Shown: positions 38,867 through 48,640 of the stretch, piece after piece
Numbering within the stretch: the first letter of the stretch is position 1
How the letters are laid out: each line of letters opens with the position of its first letter
Source of the DNA: a virus
Direction: 5' to 3' (one strand)
IMG/VR virus record: IMGVR_UViG_3300044994_000320
Coordinates: 23,212-87,211 of that record
Length of the DNA stretch: 64,000 nucleotides
The notes under the pieces: model-generated
The model's input: only the letters and a program-made list of their open reading frames with translations
What the model was told of the DNA's origin: nothing
Databases searched by the model: none
Program-made: the position numbers and the translations under genes

Positions 38867-40238
38867 CGTGATTACAGCAAGAATACGCAATTTTCCGGCA
38901 CCTGCTTTTGAAGGGGCCCACGTTCTCGGCTATTTGGTCGATGAAGACCAGATAGACTACTCGTCTTTTGCCGCGTTTCACGCTTCTTTGCTTTTAGCTA
39001 TCGTCGACTTTTTTGAAGGCAATCTAATCAACAACGGCGTTGGCAACGGTTTAGAGGTAGCGATTCCACTGAAGTTCAATGACTATGGTCCGGGCAATTT
39101 TAGAGTGCTCTGTTTTATCGATTTGAATTACACTTGGAGTTTTGAAATAGGTTATCCGTATTTTTGGGGGCCGGTGTTCCCTGTCGCTGATCCAAATGTC
39201 GCAAAAAATTTAGTCTATAATGCATCTCCTACTTTTTTGTGGGATGACTGGCCAGACCCTTCTTTGTATCGTTTCTTGTATGTTCACGCAGAAAACGGCC
39301 TTCTTTGCAAATTCGACACCCCTGTTGAGTACAAGGTTGTCGCTCAAGGAGGAGATTGGAATTCTCCCTCGATTTTCAGTGGTGTAGCCGGTTGGTGGGG
39401 TTTGGAGAATACTGTCCAAACTTTTCTTGATTTTGCTATCGGTTCTTTTGCTCCAGGATTATACACACTGATAATTCGCAATGAAATAAGCCAGAACTCT
39501 GTGTTTGATTTTGGCGATACGTATTTTGCCGCAGATTTTGAAATTGTTTCTTCGGATGTGTACCTAAATATCGCCACTCTAGATTGGTCTATCTACGCCC
39601 CACCAAATGCTTTTTACTCTGGTTGGGGTCTTTATGATTTATGGGAAAAAGTCCCTCAAAAAATTCGCGCAAGAGACAAGAACACTCCGCAGATAAAAGT
39701 TAATGGTGAAGATAGAGGCCAGTTTGAGCGTTTTGTTATGTCTATATCCCACGTTTTAGGAAAGGTTATCGGCAATGTTATTAAGGCGCAGAAGTCGCGA
39801 AATTTCGACGATACGTTTTCTGACTTTCTGATTAAAGACCTTGCATCAAAGTTGTTCCCTTTCGATACTACTTATTCGCCTGAAAGAAAACGGATCATTT
39901 ATTTTGATTCTGTCGGTATGAATAAACACTCTGGAGTTTTTCACGTTTTGCGCGCCTTGTCCGTCAGATTTTTTGGATGGGAAATTGCCAGCAAAAAAAG
40001 TTTCGCCGATTTAGTCTTTTTTTGGAATGAAAATAATTCACGGTTTATAGACGAGTCTAGCTATTTCGATTCCTCAAAGAAGTTCTTTGACCCCTCAATA
40101 CACTCCCCCCTTAATAAGATCACCTATATCATAGATACTCAAGGTGATCCCGACTTCTTAGACAAAAAAGAACGTTACGAATCCTTTATCAAACAGTACA
40201 CGGTTTCTGATTTTATAGTGGAATTTGAGTACCTGTAG
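38859..40238 (+). CDS. baseplate wedge protein (P2 gpI-like C-terminal half)
   Basis: Follows gpJ; LYDL..P..IR.RD and helical C-terminal half; aromatic-rich N-terminal extension. Confidence 0.55.
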   Translation: MCSVITARIRNFPAPAFEGAHVLGYLVDEDQIDYSSFAAFHASLLLAIVDFFEGNLINNGVGNGLEVAIPLKFNDYGPGNFRVLCFIDLNYTWSFEIGYPYFWGPVFPVADPNVAKNLVYNASPTFLWDDWPDPSLYRFLYVHAENGLLCKFDTPVEYKVVAQGGDWNSPSIFSGVAGWWGLENTVQTFLDFAIGSFAPGLYTLIIRNEISQNSVFDFGDTYFAADFEIVSSDVYLNIATLDWSIYAPPNAFYSGWGLYDLWEKVPQKIRARDKNTPQIKVNGEDRGQFERFVMSISHVLGKVIGNVIKAQKSRNFDDTFSDFLIKDLASKLFPFDTTYSPERKRIIYFDSVGMNKHSGVFHVLRALSVRFFGWEIASKKSFADLVFFWNENNSRFIDESSYFDSSKKFFDPSIHSPLNKITYIIDTQGDPDFLDKKERYESFIKQYTVSDFIVEFEYL

Positions 40239-40322
40239 CTACTTTAACAAAAATAACAAAAATAACTTTACAACCTATCTACACTCTCTACTCTTCCCTA
40301 ACCAAAACCCAAGGAGAAGATT

Positions 40323-40592
40323 ATGCTTGAAAAGCAATTTTTGTCTTCTTCCGATCCAAGTAAGTTTTACACGGCAAAGATTTTCGATGATGGTACACAA
40401 CATTGTACATGCAGCGGATTTTCTTTCCGAAAAACTTGTAAGCACACGGAAGAATTGAAAAAAACAGCCCAACCTAAAAAAGATGAAAAGGTTGAAGAAC
40501 AGGCCAAGTACCTTTTTCAGAAAGTGATAAACCACTCAAAAAAGATAATCCTAAAAAAGTTGGAGGACCCGCGTGTTAGAAAAAGCGCTTAA
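40323..40592 (+). CDS. SWIM zinc-finger protein
   Basis: CTC..F.FRKTCKH (CxC..CxH); AGGAG SD. Confidence 0.75.
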   Translation: MLEKQFLSSSDPSKFYTAKIFDDGTQHCTCSGFSFRKTCKHTEELKKTAQPKKDEKVEEQAKYLFQKVINHSKKIILKKLEDPRVRKSA

Positions 40593-41469
40593 AAATCGAT
40601 CACTTTTGTATCAAGGATGCTTAGGAAAGATTGAACCGTCGAGAGGAGGATTTGCCGAGTTTTTTTCTGAGTACTCACAAGTTCTGCTTGAAGAAAAATT
40701 CGACGGTCAGTGGGGTGCACTAGAGATTTTGCCCAACACAAAAAAAGCGAAGGTCACGTCTAGAAATGGGTTAGAAAAAAACCCAGAAGGAGTTCTTGAG
40801 TATGCCGCGGCGTTCTTTAACGATAAAGGCGTTTCCGGTCAAACCATTTTAGCTGGAGAGCTCGGTTTCGGTTCACAGGCAGAAACAGAATTGGCTAAAA
40901 AGAGAGGCCATCACAGGTATCTGGCTTATGACGTAATCTTAGCAAATGGTCGGTTTGTAGGTGACAAGCCTCTCCTAGAGCGAAAAACCATTCTAAAGGG
41001 CTTGCTTCACGGGGCTAACCCAGATTTATTGGTGGAGTCCCCATACCGCGTAGAAACGTCTGTAGACGCCGCATGGGATTACTACCGACAAATCGTCGAT
41101 AAAGGCGGAGAAGGGCTAATAGCTAAGCTCTTAGAAACAAGGTACTCTGTAGTCGGAGGTAAAATTCGCGAGTGGTTTAAGATCAAAAAAACTGTTTCAA
41201 AAGAATTCCGCATTGTTGGCTACGAGTATTCAGAAGCTTTGAAATACAAAGCCAAAGGATGGATTAAAAATATCCATCTAGCTGAAATCGAAGATAAAAC
41301 AGATACGGTGATCGTTCATCTTGGCTCTATGGATGAAGCTACTCGTGAAGCTGTCTCTAAAGACCCTAAAGGGCATATCGGCAAAATAGTTGAGGTAGGC
41401 GGTAACGAGATATTTAAGTCTGGGTCTATTCGCCACCCGTTTTTTATTAGGTTTAGGGAGGACATATAA
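40573..41469 (+). CDS. lig: ATP-dependent DNA ligase
   Basis: EEKFDG (KxDG), AYDVI, EGLIAK, WFKIK, SIRHPFFIRFRED. Confidence 0.92.
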   Translation: MLEKALKNRSLLYQGCLGKIEPSRGGFAEFFSEYSQVLLEEKFDGQWGALEILPNTKKAKVTSRNGLEKNPEGVLEYAAAFFNDKGVSGQTILAGELGFGSQAETELAKKRGHHRYLAYDVILANGRFVGDKPLLERKTILKGLLHGANPDLLVESPYRVETSVDAAWDYYRQIVDKGGEGLIAKLLETRYSVVGGKIREWFKIKKTVSKEFRIVGYEYSEALKYKAKGWIKNIHLAEIEDKTDTVIVHLGSMDEATREAVSKDPKGHIGKIVEVGGNEIFKSGSIRHPFFIRFREDI

Positions 41470-41473
41470 GACT

Positions 41474-42082
41474 ATGGAAAAGATAAAATTGAAAATTCCG
41501 CTCGAAAAAAGCAAAAGCTACTTTTTCACAGGTAGGTATTTTAGCGATTCAATCATGTTGCTATCTTCGGACTTTTACACTCTTACGAATAAAGAGTTTA
41601 GTGACCTTTACGAAAAAGGCACTCCTTTTAAGTGCTCTTTTGACAAGAATAAAAAGAAGTTTGTAGTGGTTACTGAAAACCTTGTTCTACCTGATGTTGA
41701 TAAGTTGCTTAGCAAGCTTTTAAGCAATAAGCGCGTTGCAGTGGCGCCTACAGGTGTGGCAATTTTTAGCTCTGCACATGACGAAAACGGGTATAACCAT
41801 TTGTACTGCTCTAAAGATACTCTTGAACATTTGTATATAGCGTCAAAGTATGACGCGATTCTTCTTGTTCACAAGAACTTAAGTCTTTACGGTACTTCTT
41901 CTGATAGTTTTCCAATGCTTGAAAGAAACGCAATGATTGCAATGATTACGGTTCCGCATAAAGAAAAAATGCTCGAAGAAGTTTTTGTGTGCTGCGTTAT
42001 GCCGATTAAATGCCAGAATGCGTTTCTCGACAATCTTTTTAGTAGTGTTTTGCAAAAAAATCAGGAGCACAGAAATGATTGA
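41474..42082 (+). CDS. hypothetical protein
   Basis: 202-aa ORF in operon. Confidence 0.6.
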   Translation: MEKIKLKIPLEKSKSYFFTGRYFSDSIMLLSSDFYTLTNKEFSDLYEKGTPFKCSFDKNKKKFVVVTENLVLPDVDKLLSKLLSNKRVAVAPTGVAIFSSAHDENGYNHLYCSKDTLEHLYIASKYDAILLVHKNLSLYGTSSDSFPMLERNAMIAMITVPHKEKMLEEVFVCCVMPIKCQNAFLDNLFSSVLQKNQEHRND

Positions 42083-42620
42083 AATAGCAAAGATACAAGA
42101 GCCGCGTTTTCAAGATACGCGGTTTCTTTCCATAAATGATAATAGGTATAATAGCGAGCTTCTTATCTTGGATTCTAAAGAGTCTTTACGAGAAGCGTTA
42201 AACGGCCTTGTTGGTTTTAATGAGTGCTATGTGAGTTTCGGCGTCCTTACTCCGCGTATATTGGTTGAAAAAAGGTTCGGATACAATTACGATAAGTGGA
42301 GTAAGTACGCGTTTTATTCTTTTGGGCTACTTCTCCCAAAAAGTAGGCAAGACTGGCTGAATGACGACAAATGGCACAAGTTTTTTGTGCCACTTTTTAG
42401 TGAAGAAGAAGAAGATAGAGGCACGCTAGCCCACGTTTCTTTGGTTGAAAGTATTGATTACCTCGATCCAGATTTTTTTAAGATTCTGCAGAAATCTAAA
42501 GAAGTCTATGACACTATTGGTATGAGTATAGCCTTTGGCCCTGCGCCGTTTTTAGAGTCGGCTTATGCTGAAATTATTCGTGCAAAAGAAGAGCAGAAGT
42601 CTATCGCCGCAAGTTCATGA
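42075..42620 (+). CDS. hypothetical protein
   Basis: Start moved to ATG 42075 (AGGAG SD). Confidence 0.6.
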   Translation: MIEIAKIQEPRFQDTRFLSINDNRYNSELLILDSKESLREALNGLVGFNECYVSFGVLTPRILVEKRFGYNYDKWSKYAFYSFGLLLPKSRQDWLNDDKWHKFFVPLFSEEEEDRGTLAHVSLVESIDYLDPDFFKILQKSKEVYDTIGMSIAFGPAPFLESAYAEIIRAKEEQKSIAASS

Positions 42621-43996
42621 AAAACGTAGTTATCGACTTGTTTAATCTTGAAGCAAAAATTCGCGGGAGTATTACGCAAGACGACTATTATGCTCTAAGC
42701 GTCGTGCTTTCTTACAAAGTTAAAGACGCGGAAAGAACAGCGGCGTATCAAACCGGCAGGTGGTCTGGAAGAGTTCGCTTGTTAGAGTCTTATACTTTTC
42801 CTTCTGGCCTCCTTACCAATGCTGTGAAAAAATTGCGCAGTTTAGGGTATACGGTTTCGATTAACGATCTACGTGTAGTTCCTAAAAAAAGTGTTAATTT
42901 CGGATGGTATTACCCCCATCCTTTAAGGAAGTATCAGAAAGAAGCTCATGATGCTTTCATTAAAGCTACGCGTGGAACTTTAGTTTTGCCCACTGCTTCA
43001 GGCAAAACAGTTGTTGTAGCCAAGATCATTCATACGTTGCAGGTACCTACCTTGTATCTCGTGCAGACTCAAGAAGCGAAAGCTTCTGCTATAGAAGATT
43101 TTTCAACATGCCTTGGGTATTCTGCCGATCAAATGGAGCAAATAGGCGATTTTACTGTTTCGACTATTCAAGCTTTCTCAAATAAACGGTCTAAAAAGTT
43201 CAGCGCTTTGGATAAAGACCATTACAAATTCGTAGTTTTTGATGAAGTACACCACTACGGGGCTGACACTTTTTTTGCCGTGGTTAAGAAGCTTAACGCG
43301 TACTATCGCCTCGGCATTACGGCCACGTTTATGCGTGGAGATGGGGCGACACTTCGTCTTGCCGCAGGCACAGGTAGAGTAATTTATGAGCAAAAGCCAT
43401 CTTCTTTGGTAGAAGCAGGAGTTTTAGCAAGGCCAATTATTCATTGGCTAGAATACAAGCACTCTACCATAAGCCCTTATGCAGACGGTAAATCCGCGTA
43501 CCTTTACGGTATTGTAGAAAACGCTCATAGAAATGAAAAGGCGCTCGATGTTATCGAGTCCCTTTTCAGACAGAACAAGTCAGTTTTAAGTGTAGTAGAA
43601 AAACTCGAACACGGAGAAACCATTTTAGCAGGTTTGTTAAAAAGAGGTATTCCATGCGAGTTTATTCATGGTGGTAAGAAAAACAGAAAAGTTTTGCAAC
43701 AAAGATTCAAAGACGGCACACTGCGTGTCGCTATCGCTACTCGTATATATGACGAATCTGTTAATCTACCTTTTTTGAACGCGATCGTCAATCTCGCTGG
43801 AGGAAAGTCAGATATTCGGACCCTACAGCGTATAGGCCGCGCGTTGCGTAAACCAGACAACAGTAAAGAGTTCGCCGAGTATTACGATTTCAAAGATCTC
43901 GGACACAGAACTCTCGAAGATCACTACGAATCAAGAAAAGATATTTTGGAGAAAGTATATGGCAAAGAAAAAGACCAGGTCATTGACCCTGCGTGA
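42617..43996 (+). CDS. SF2 DNA helicase (UvsW/XPB-like)
   Basis: LRKYQ, PTASGKT, DEVH, TAT, QRIGRALR. Confidence 0.93.
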   Translation: MKNVVIDLFNLEAKIRGSITQDDYYALSVVLSYKVKDAERTAAYQTGRWSGRVRLLESYTFPSGLLTNAVKKLRSLGYTVSINDLRVVPKKSVNFGWYYPHPLRKYQKEAHDAFIKATRGTLVLPTASGKTVVVAKIIHTLQVPTLYLVQTQEAKASAIEDFSTCLGYSADQMEQIGDFTVSTIQAFSNKRSKKFSALDKDHYKFVVFDEVHHYGADTFFAVVKKLNAYYRLGITATFMRGDGATLRLAAGTGRVIYEQKPSSLVEAGVLARPIIHWLEYKHSTISPYADGKSAYLYGIVENAHRNEKALDVIESLFRQNKSVLSVVEKLEHGETILAGLLKRGIPCEFIHGGKKNRKVLQQRFKDGTLRVAIATRIYDESVNLPFLNAIVNLAGGKSDIRTLQRIGRALRKPDNSKEFAEYYDFKDLGHRTLEDHYESRKDILEKVYGKEKDQVIDPA

Positions 43997-44183
43997 GTAC
44001 CGTTTTTCAAAGTCGCTGTCTCAAGAGGTCTTTGCAAAAAAACTTGGGTATTCTCGTGAGGCTATCACGCTTGCTGAAAAGAAAAACCGTGTTTCGCAAA
44101 AAATGCTTTTCCGTTTGCGCGGTGCGTTTCCAGATTTTGAAAAAGCAAACGTCTTGTTAGAGGTCGAAAATGGCGGAAAATGA
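43959..44183 (+). CDS. XRE-family HTH regulator
   Basis: LREYR..LSQEVFAKKLGYSREAITLAE. Confidence 0.8.
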   Translation: MAKKKTRSLTLREYRFSKSLSQEVFAKKLGYSREAITLAEKKNRVSQKMLFRLRGAFPDFEKANVLLEVENGGK

Positions 44184-44991
44184 TAGCAGTGAAGGCAGAG
44201 AGCTACATTTTAAGTCTATAAAGGGTATCCAGTTTGTTCCTTGTGAATTTTCACTTATTGACGATTGGAGCCCTATACTTGAATCGTTAGCTAAAGGTAG
44301 CTGCTGGACGTATATCGTCATCCAACGCTTTTTGAACAGGCAAAAAGCTAACCCGAATTACGGAAAGGCTTGGCTAAGTGAAAGGCTGTTGGCTGAGATT
44401 ACCGCGTCATCTATACCTACGGTTGACAAGCGCTTGGCTGTGCTCACCGAGCATAAGTTTTTAGAATTAGAAACTCGGAACCACAACAAGCTGTTCTACA
44501 CCGTTTTAGAATTACCGAGTCCACCTGTCGTGTCTACGCGCCGTGCAGATACGCCTAAGCTTAACGAAGTTAATCTAGACGCGGCTTTCAACGCCCCTCC
44601 ACCAGAGCGCATAGCCAAAATGGAGTCGCCCGAGCATTGGAAAAACGTTAAAGATGTTGCGAGATACTGGCAGTACGCTTACAGCGAAATGATGCGCCGG
44701 GAAAAACGTACCCAAGAACCAGTCGAATACGGGTTCCCTAACCAGAAAGAGTTGAAGCATCTAAAAAGCCTTCTCGAAGAGTATGGTGCGGTTCGTGTAA
44801 AAGAGGCCATCGACCATATGATGTCAGATTTTAGAAGCTACATTGATAGTTACCCTACTATTGCCGCTTTTTATGGCTATCGAAGGTCTATTTTTCCAGA
44901 AGCTTCTGTCGGAAAGCCCGGAAGAAAAGACCAGTGGAAGTCCAGCAAAGTAAACGAGTTTAAGAAGAACGGAAAGATAGGTGTATGGTAG
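44170..44991 (+). CDS. replication initiator-like winged-HTH protein
   Basis: AW.SERLLAEIT..S..TV...L..L...FL wHTH; directly upstream of DnaC-like loader. Confidence 0.65.
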   Translation: MAENDSSEGRELHFKSIKGIQFVPCEFSLIDDWSPILESLAKGSCWTYIVIQRFLNRQKANPNYGKAWLSERLLAEITASSIPTVDKRLAVLTEHKFLELETRNHNKLFYTVLELPSPPVVSTRRADTPKLNEVNLDAAFNAPPPERIAKMESPEHWKNVKDVARYWQYAYSEMMRREKRTQEPVEYGFPNQKELKHLKSLLEEYGAVRVKEAIDHMMSDFRSYIDSYPTIAAFYGYRRSIFPEASVGKPGRKDQWKSSKVNEFKKNGKIGVW

Positions 44992-45584
44992 TCTTTGAAG
45001 GTAAAGTTCCGCGGCTAAAAGACCTCTTAGTAGACTCAAGAATTCGTTCAAGAATATCAAAGAGCCACTTAAAAGAGTATCTGTCTATTCTGGAAGTGTG
45101 TAAGACGTTTGTATCGGCTGCAGACTTTTCCCCTCCGGGCAAGGGCCTCTTTTTTTACGGCCCAAATGGTGGCGGTAAAAGCTGGGTTGCTGCAGCTGTC
45201 GCTAACGAGATTAGTTCGAGAACTAAATGCGAAGCTTTACGCAGGTCAGTTCCCGAGATTCTATTTCAGTATTTCAAGACGTGGGAGATTGACGAACAGC
45301 TTATGTACGCTCCCGTGCTCGTTTTAGAAGAAATCGGTAAAGAAATTCGCACTAAAAACGAGCACGCTGAAAAGCAGATTGAGTTCATCCTTAAATATCG
45401 CTTCGAGGAAGGCAAGATTACGATTATCACAGCCAACGTAACTGCACAAGAGATTACCGATATTTATGGAGGTACAGTCGCGTCTATTTTCTACGGTCGA
45501 TGCTTTCCTATCGAATTTCCTGATGTAGACCTAAGAATTTTACAGAACCAAGACTTTCAAAAAAGAATTCTAAAAGGAGATTAG
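44985..45584 (+). CDS. DnaC/IstB-like helicase loader
   Basis: GLFFYGPNGGGKS Walker A, LVLEEIGKE, R....TIITAN, DLR. Confidence 0.85.
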   Translation: MVVFEGKVPRLKDLLVDSRIRSRISKSHLKEYLSILEVCKTFVSAADFSPPGKGLFFYGPNGGGKSWVAAAVANEISSRTKCEALRRSVPEILFQYFKTWEIDEQLMYAPVLVLEEIGKEIRTKNEHAEKQIEFILKYRFEEGKITIITANVTAQEITDIYGGTVASIFYGRCFPIEFPDVDLRILQNQDFQKRILKGD

Positions 45585-45585
45585 T

Positions 45586-46233
45586 ATGAACAAAGAAGAT
45601 CAAGAAAAAGACTACGCCTTGCAGCAAAAAGTTTTCTGCGACATCGTTGAAAAAGCTTCGAGCACTGCCAAGGTCACCTTCGACTCACGTGTTGTAGGAA
45701 AGGTGTACATAGAAGTACGATCAGCAGAAGAGCAAGAAAAAATCGCCAACGCTCTGAAAACGCAATGGCCTTTCGAGGCATCTTTTAGGGTGTCTTGTGC
45801 TATTGTTGAAGGTAGCTCCAAGCCCATCGAAAATGAGCAAGAAGTCTTTGAAGATTCTTCACCGAAGAAATCTCGTATGGAAAAACTTGAAGATGCGCTT
45901 CGTAGTGGAGCTAATCGCGATACGTTTAAAGCCGCTTCTGAATGCACTCAAAAGTTTGCAGAACTTGTCGGTTCTTTTATTGTTAGTGCTACCATGCAAC
46001 CTTCGGCAAAAGCTTTGATTACTTTCGCTAAAATTGAAAATGGCGCGTTAAGGCAATCGTATATTGAGGTAGACTTTGATACTCTATCTACCTTTAGCAC
46101 GCATGTTAAAGCCGATGTCGAAAACGATGACGATGCGGTCACTAACGCTAAAAATGCGATAAAGAATGTCGATTCGGTTGCTCCTGTTAAAGAAGATGAG
46201 CATTCTGATGATTCTTTAATGCAGGACAGCTAA
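45586..46233 (+). CDS. hypothetical protein
   Basis: AGGAG SD; 215 aa. Confidence 0.6.
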   Translation: MNKEDQEKDYALQQKVFCDIVEKASSTAKVTFDSRVVGKVYIEVRSAEEQEKIANALKTQWPFEASFRVSCAIVEGSSKPIENEQEVFEDSSPKKSRMEKLEDALRSGANRDTFKAASECTQKFAELVGSFIVSATMQPSAKALITFAKIENGALRQSYIEVDFDTLSTFSTHVKADVENDDDAVTNAKNAIKNVDSVAPVKEDEHSDDSLMQDS

Positions 46234-46234
46234 A

Positions 46235-46693
46235 ATGGACTGGATTTTTGAATTGCAGAAAAATTCCGCTCTTGTTGAGATAGAACGATACGAAGCCTAT
46301 GCGGATAACGCGTATTGGAGTGCTATTTTAAGCATACACTCAACGTCCAGTATCTATAAAAATTTCGTAGAGTTCCTTTCGACAGATAAAGAATTCTGCG
46401 AAAGTTTGCCAGATATTTTGTACGACGCGCAAATGACTAACCTTAAGGTTGACTACCCTGTCCGGTTATATCAGTTTTCTTCACTGAAAATAGATGACGC
46501 CTCTTTTTCTGAGCTCCTATCTGTGCTTTTAGGTAAAAAGCCTCTTACCGAATACAGATTGGATTATAGAGCTAATCAGGTTATGGTTTCTATGATCAGT
46601 TCGCACCAAAGAGTCGGTTGCCTATCTCCAAAGCAGTTTCCCTACGCTTGGAAAGTGCTAAAAAGCAGGTTTTCCCAGCGCATGACGAAATGA
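46235..46693 (+). CDS. hypothetical protein
   Basis: In operon. Confidence 0.55.
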   Translation: MDWIFELQKNSALVEIERYEAYADNAYWSAILSIHSTSSIYKNFVEFLSTDKEFCESLPDILYDAQMTNLKVDYPVRLYQFSSLKIDDASFSELLSVLLGKKPLTEYRLDYRANQVMVSMISSHQRVGCLSPKQFPYAWKVLKSRFSQRMTK

Positions 46694-46700
46694 CAAGTAT

Positions 46701-47132
46701 ATGGCGATGATCCATACGGTAAAGAAAATCGGCCGGCGCTATCAAACCGGGCAACAGCCGCTCGTAGTTATCGACTCTAATTGCACGTTCGATAAAGTGC
46801 AGGAGAGAGCTTTAAGACGACTTTTTAGGGTGTCCGATCTTTTTGTTTGGCACGCGCTTTACAGTGATAGCTTTTTTGAATGGTTATCGACAGCTTCTCT
46901 TGTAGAAAAAGACTACGAGCGTATAGCTGGTGTTCACACTAGATACCGTTTTCGTGGTTATCATGTTTTTGGCCCGGTGTTTGCGCAATTACATGAGCTC
47001 TTGCCATGGCTGTGTAGAGTTAACGGTTTGTTAGTTACACAAAATCCGGCTATAATCGATAAAGCAGACTATTTTAGGGTTACAACCCCGTTATCTGCTT
47101 TGCATTACTTGAAGCAAAAAAGGAGAATGTAG
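46701..47132 (+). CDS. hypothetical protein
   Basis: In operon upstream of dnaB. Confidence 0.55.
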   Translation: MAMIHTVKKIGRRYQTGQQPLVVIDSNCTFDKVQERALRRLFRVSDLFVWHALYSDSFFEWLSTASLVEKDYERIAGVHTRYRFRGYHVFGPVFAQLHELLPWLCRVNGLLVTQNPAIIDKADYFRVTTPLSALHYLKQKRRM

Positions 47133-48478
47133 TGGATTACGGTTTTGCCGTTGTATGTAAGATTCTCTCGGCTCCTACGCAAGAAGACCGAGAAATAGGG
47201 TTAAAGAAAGTAATCAATGCCGGTATCCATGCAGAGATGCTCGGCCCTGTTAGGGATAAGCAACTCGACTATGTGTTGAAGCATTACAAAAAATTCGGCG
47301 CGGTAATAGACAAAGCCACCTTCTTTTCGCGTTTCAAAAGCGAGATAGACATCGATACTCCAGAACCGATCGAGTATTACATAGAAGAGGTTAAAGATTC
47401 TTTCCTTTTCATGAAACTCAAAAATGTTCGCGAGGTTATCGAAGAAGGTCTAGAAAACGACACGAGCGAAAATATCGTTAAGAAGGCTTTAGGCATTTTG
47501 CGTGAATGCATGATAACTACAAAGCCTATGGTAGACCTCGAATACTCAGGTTCTATGGATCAGAGGTTACAGACATACTATCAGCGCACTCTTATAGGTG
47601 ACAAGATTACCGGTGTGCCTACAGGTATTTCTGCCATAGATAGTGTAGTAAAAGGCTTTAAGCCAGGAGAGTACATCGTTATTCACGGTAGGCCAGAGTC
47701 ATATAAGACTTACCTCACCCTTTTCATGGCGTACAACGCTAATAAAGCTGGATACAGAGTCTTATACGTTTCAAGAGAGATGCCCCCAGCGCAGCTTCTT
47801 ATGCGTGTAGACTCTTTTTATGCAAAAGTCGATCCAGCTAAGATTAAACATGGGTTTATCGACGAAGAGGATTTCAACCTTTTTCGTGACGCGTTGGTTA
47901 AGACGAAAAACAGCACGGAATTTGTGATTTCTGGCGCGATGGGTGACGACAACGGAGCGTATACCGTAGAGGCCGTACAAGCTAAGATAAAAGAAGTACG
48001 ACCGCAGCTTGTATTTTTAGACGGTATTTATTTGATGTCTGTTCCAGGCCACAAAGGTTCCGATTGGGAGAGACTCAAGACAGTCTCACAAGGCATTAAG
48101 CAGCTTGCTATGACCGAATCCGTGCCCATAGTTGCAACGTCCCAAACAAAAAAAGGTTCGACGTTCAATAGTTACGGTGGAGATAACGTAGCTTTTGGTG
48201 ACTCTCTTTTTCAAGATGCAGACATGATGTTCAGCATCGGCAGAGAATGGGACCATGTTATGAATACCAAGTCTCGTGTGCAATGGGTCAAGTGGGATAA
48301 AACGCGCGATGATAGCCCAGGTCAGACCTTTTATCTTGATTGGAATTTTCTTTCGATGCGTATTCGAGAGTCTTTCGACAAAAGCGTATTTTTAGGAGGT
48401 CTGGCCGATCCTGAAAAAGGCGCGATAAAAAACAGTGCCGAAGTTGAAGGCCCAAGTTGGGCTGGCGAAGAGTTTTAG
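47132..48478 (+). CDS. dnaB: replicative DnaB-like helicase
   Basis: GVPTGI..ID..G..PGE, GRPESYKT, VSREM, FLDGIYLM, K.LA...PI..TSQ, QDAD. Confidence 0.9.
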   Translation: MDYGFAVVCKILSAPTQEDREIGLKKVINAGIHAEMLGPVRDKQLDYVLKHYKKFGAVIDKATFFSRFKSEIDIDTPEPIEYYIEEVKDSFLFMKLKNVREVIEEGLENDTSENIVKKALGILRECMITTKPMVDLEYSGSMDQRLQTYYQRTLIGDKITGVPTGISAIDSVVKGFKPGEYIVIHGRPESYKTYLTLFMAYNANKAGYRVLYVSREMPPAQLLMRVDSFYAKVDPAKIKHGFIDEEDFNLFRDALVKTKNSTEFVISGAMGDDNGAYTVEAVQAKIKEVRPQLVFLDGIYLMSVPGHKGSDWERLKTVSQGIKQLAMTESVPIVATSQTKKGSTFNSYGGDNVAFGDSLFQDADMMFSIGREWDHVMNTKSRVQWVKWDKTRDDSPGQTFYLDWNFLSMRIRESFDKSVFLGGLADPEKGAIKNSAEVEGPSWAGEEF

Positions 48479-48479
48479 C

Positions 48480-48638
48480 ATGAGAGAAATACTTGTTGGA
48501 TTATTAGGCATGCTCGCCAGCGCTGTTATCGGCTTTCTTGTTTGCTACATCATGTACGTTAAGACTATCAGTTACGCGTATTTTGCCCTACCTGTTGTGT
48601 TTATGGTTACTATAGGCTACTGGGCTAAAAAGGAGTAA
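48480..48638 (+). CDS. small two-TM membrane protein
   Basis: 52 aa, hydrophobic; start moved to ATG 48480. Confidence 0.5.
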   Translation: MREILVGLLGMLASAVIGFLVCYIMYVKTISYAYFALPVVFMVTIGYWAKKE

Positions 48639-48640
48639 AG

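Noticed and set aside
26744-40238. Stand-alone eCIS, tailocin or T6SS locus
   Set aside because: Terminase, portal, capsid and full replication genes lie in the same co-oriented unit, so this is a phage
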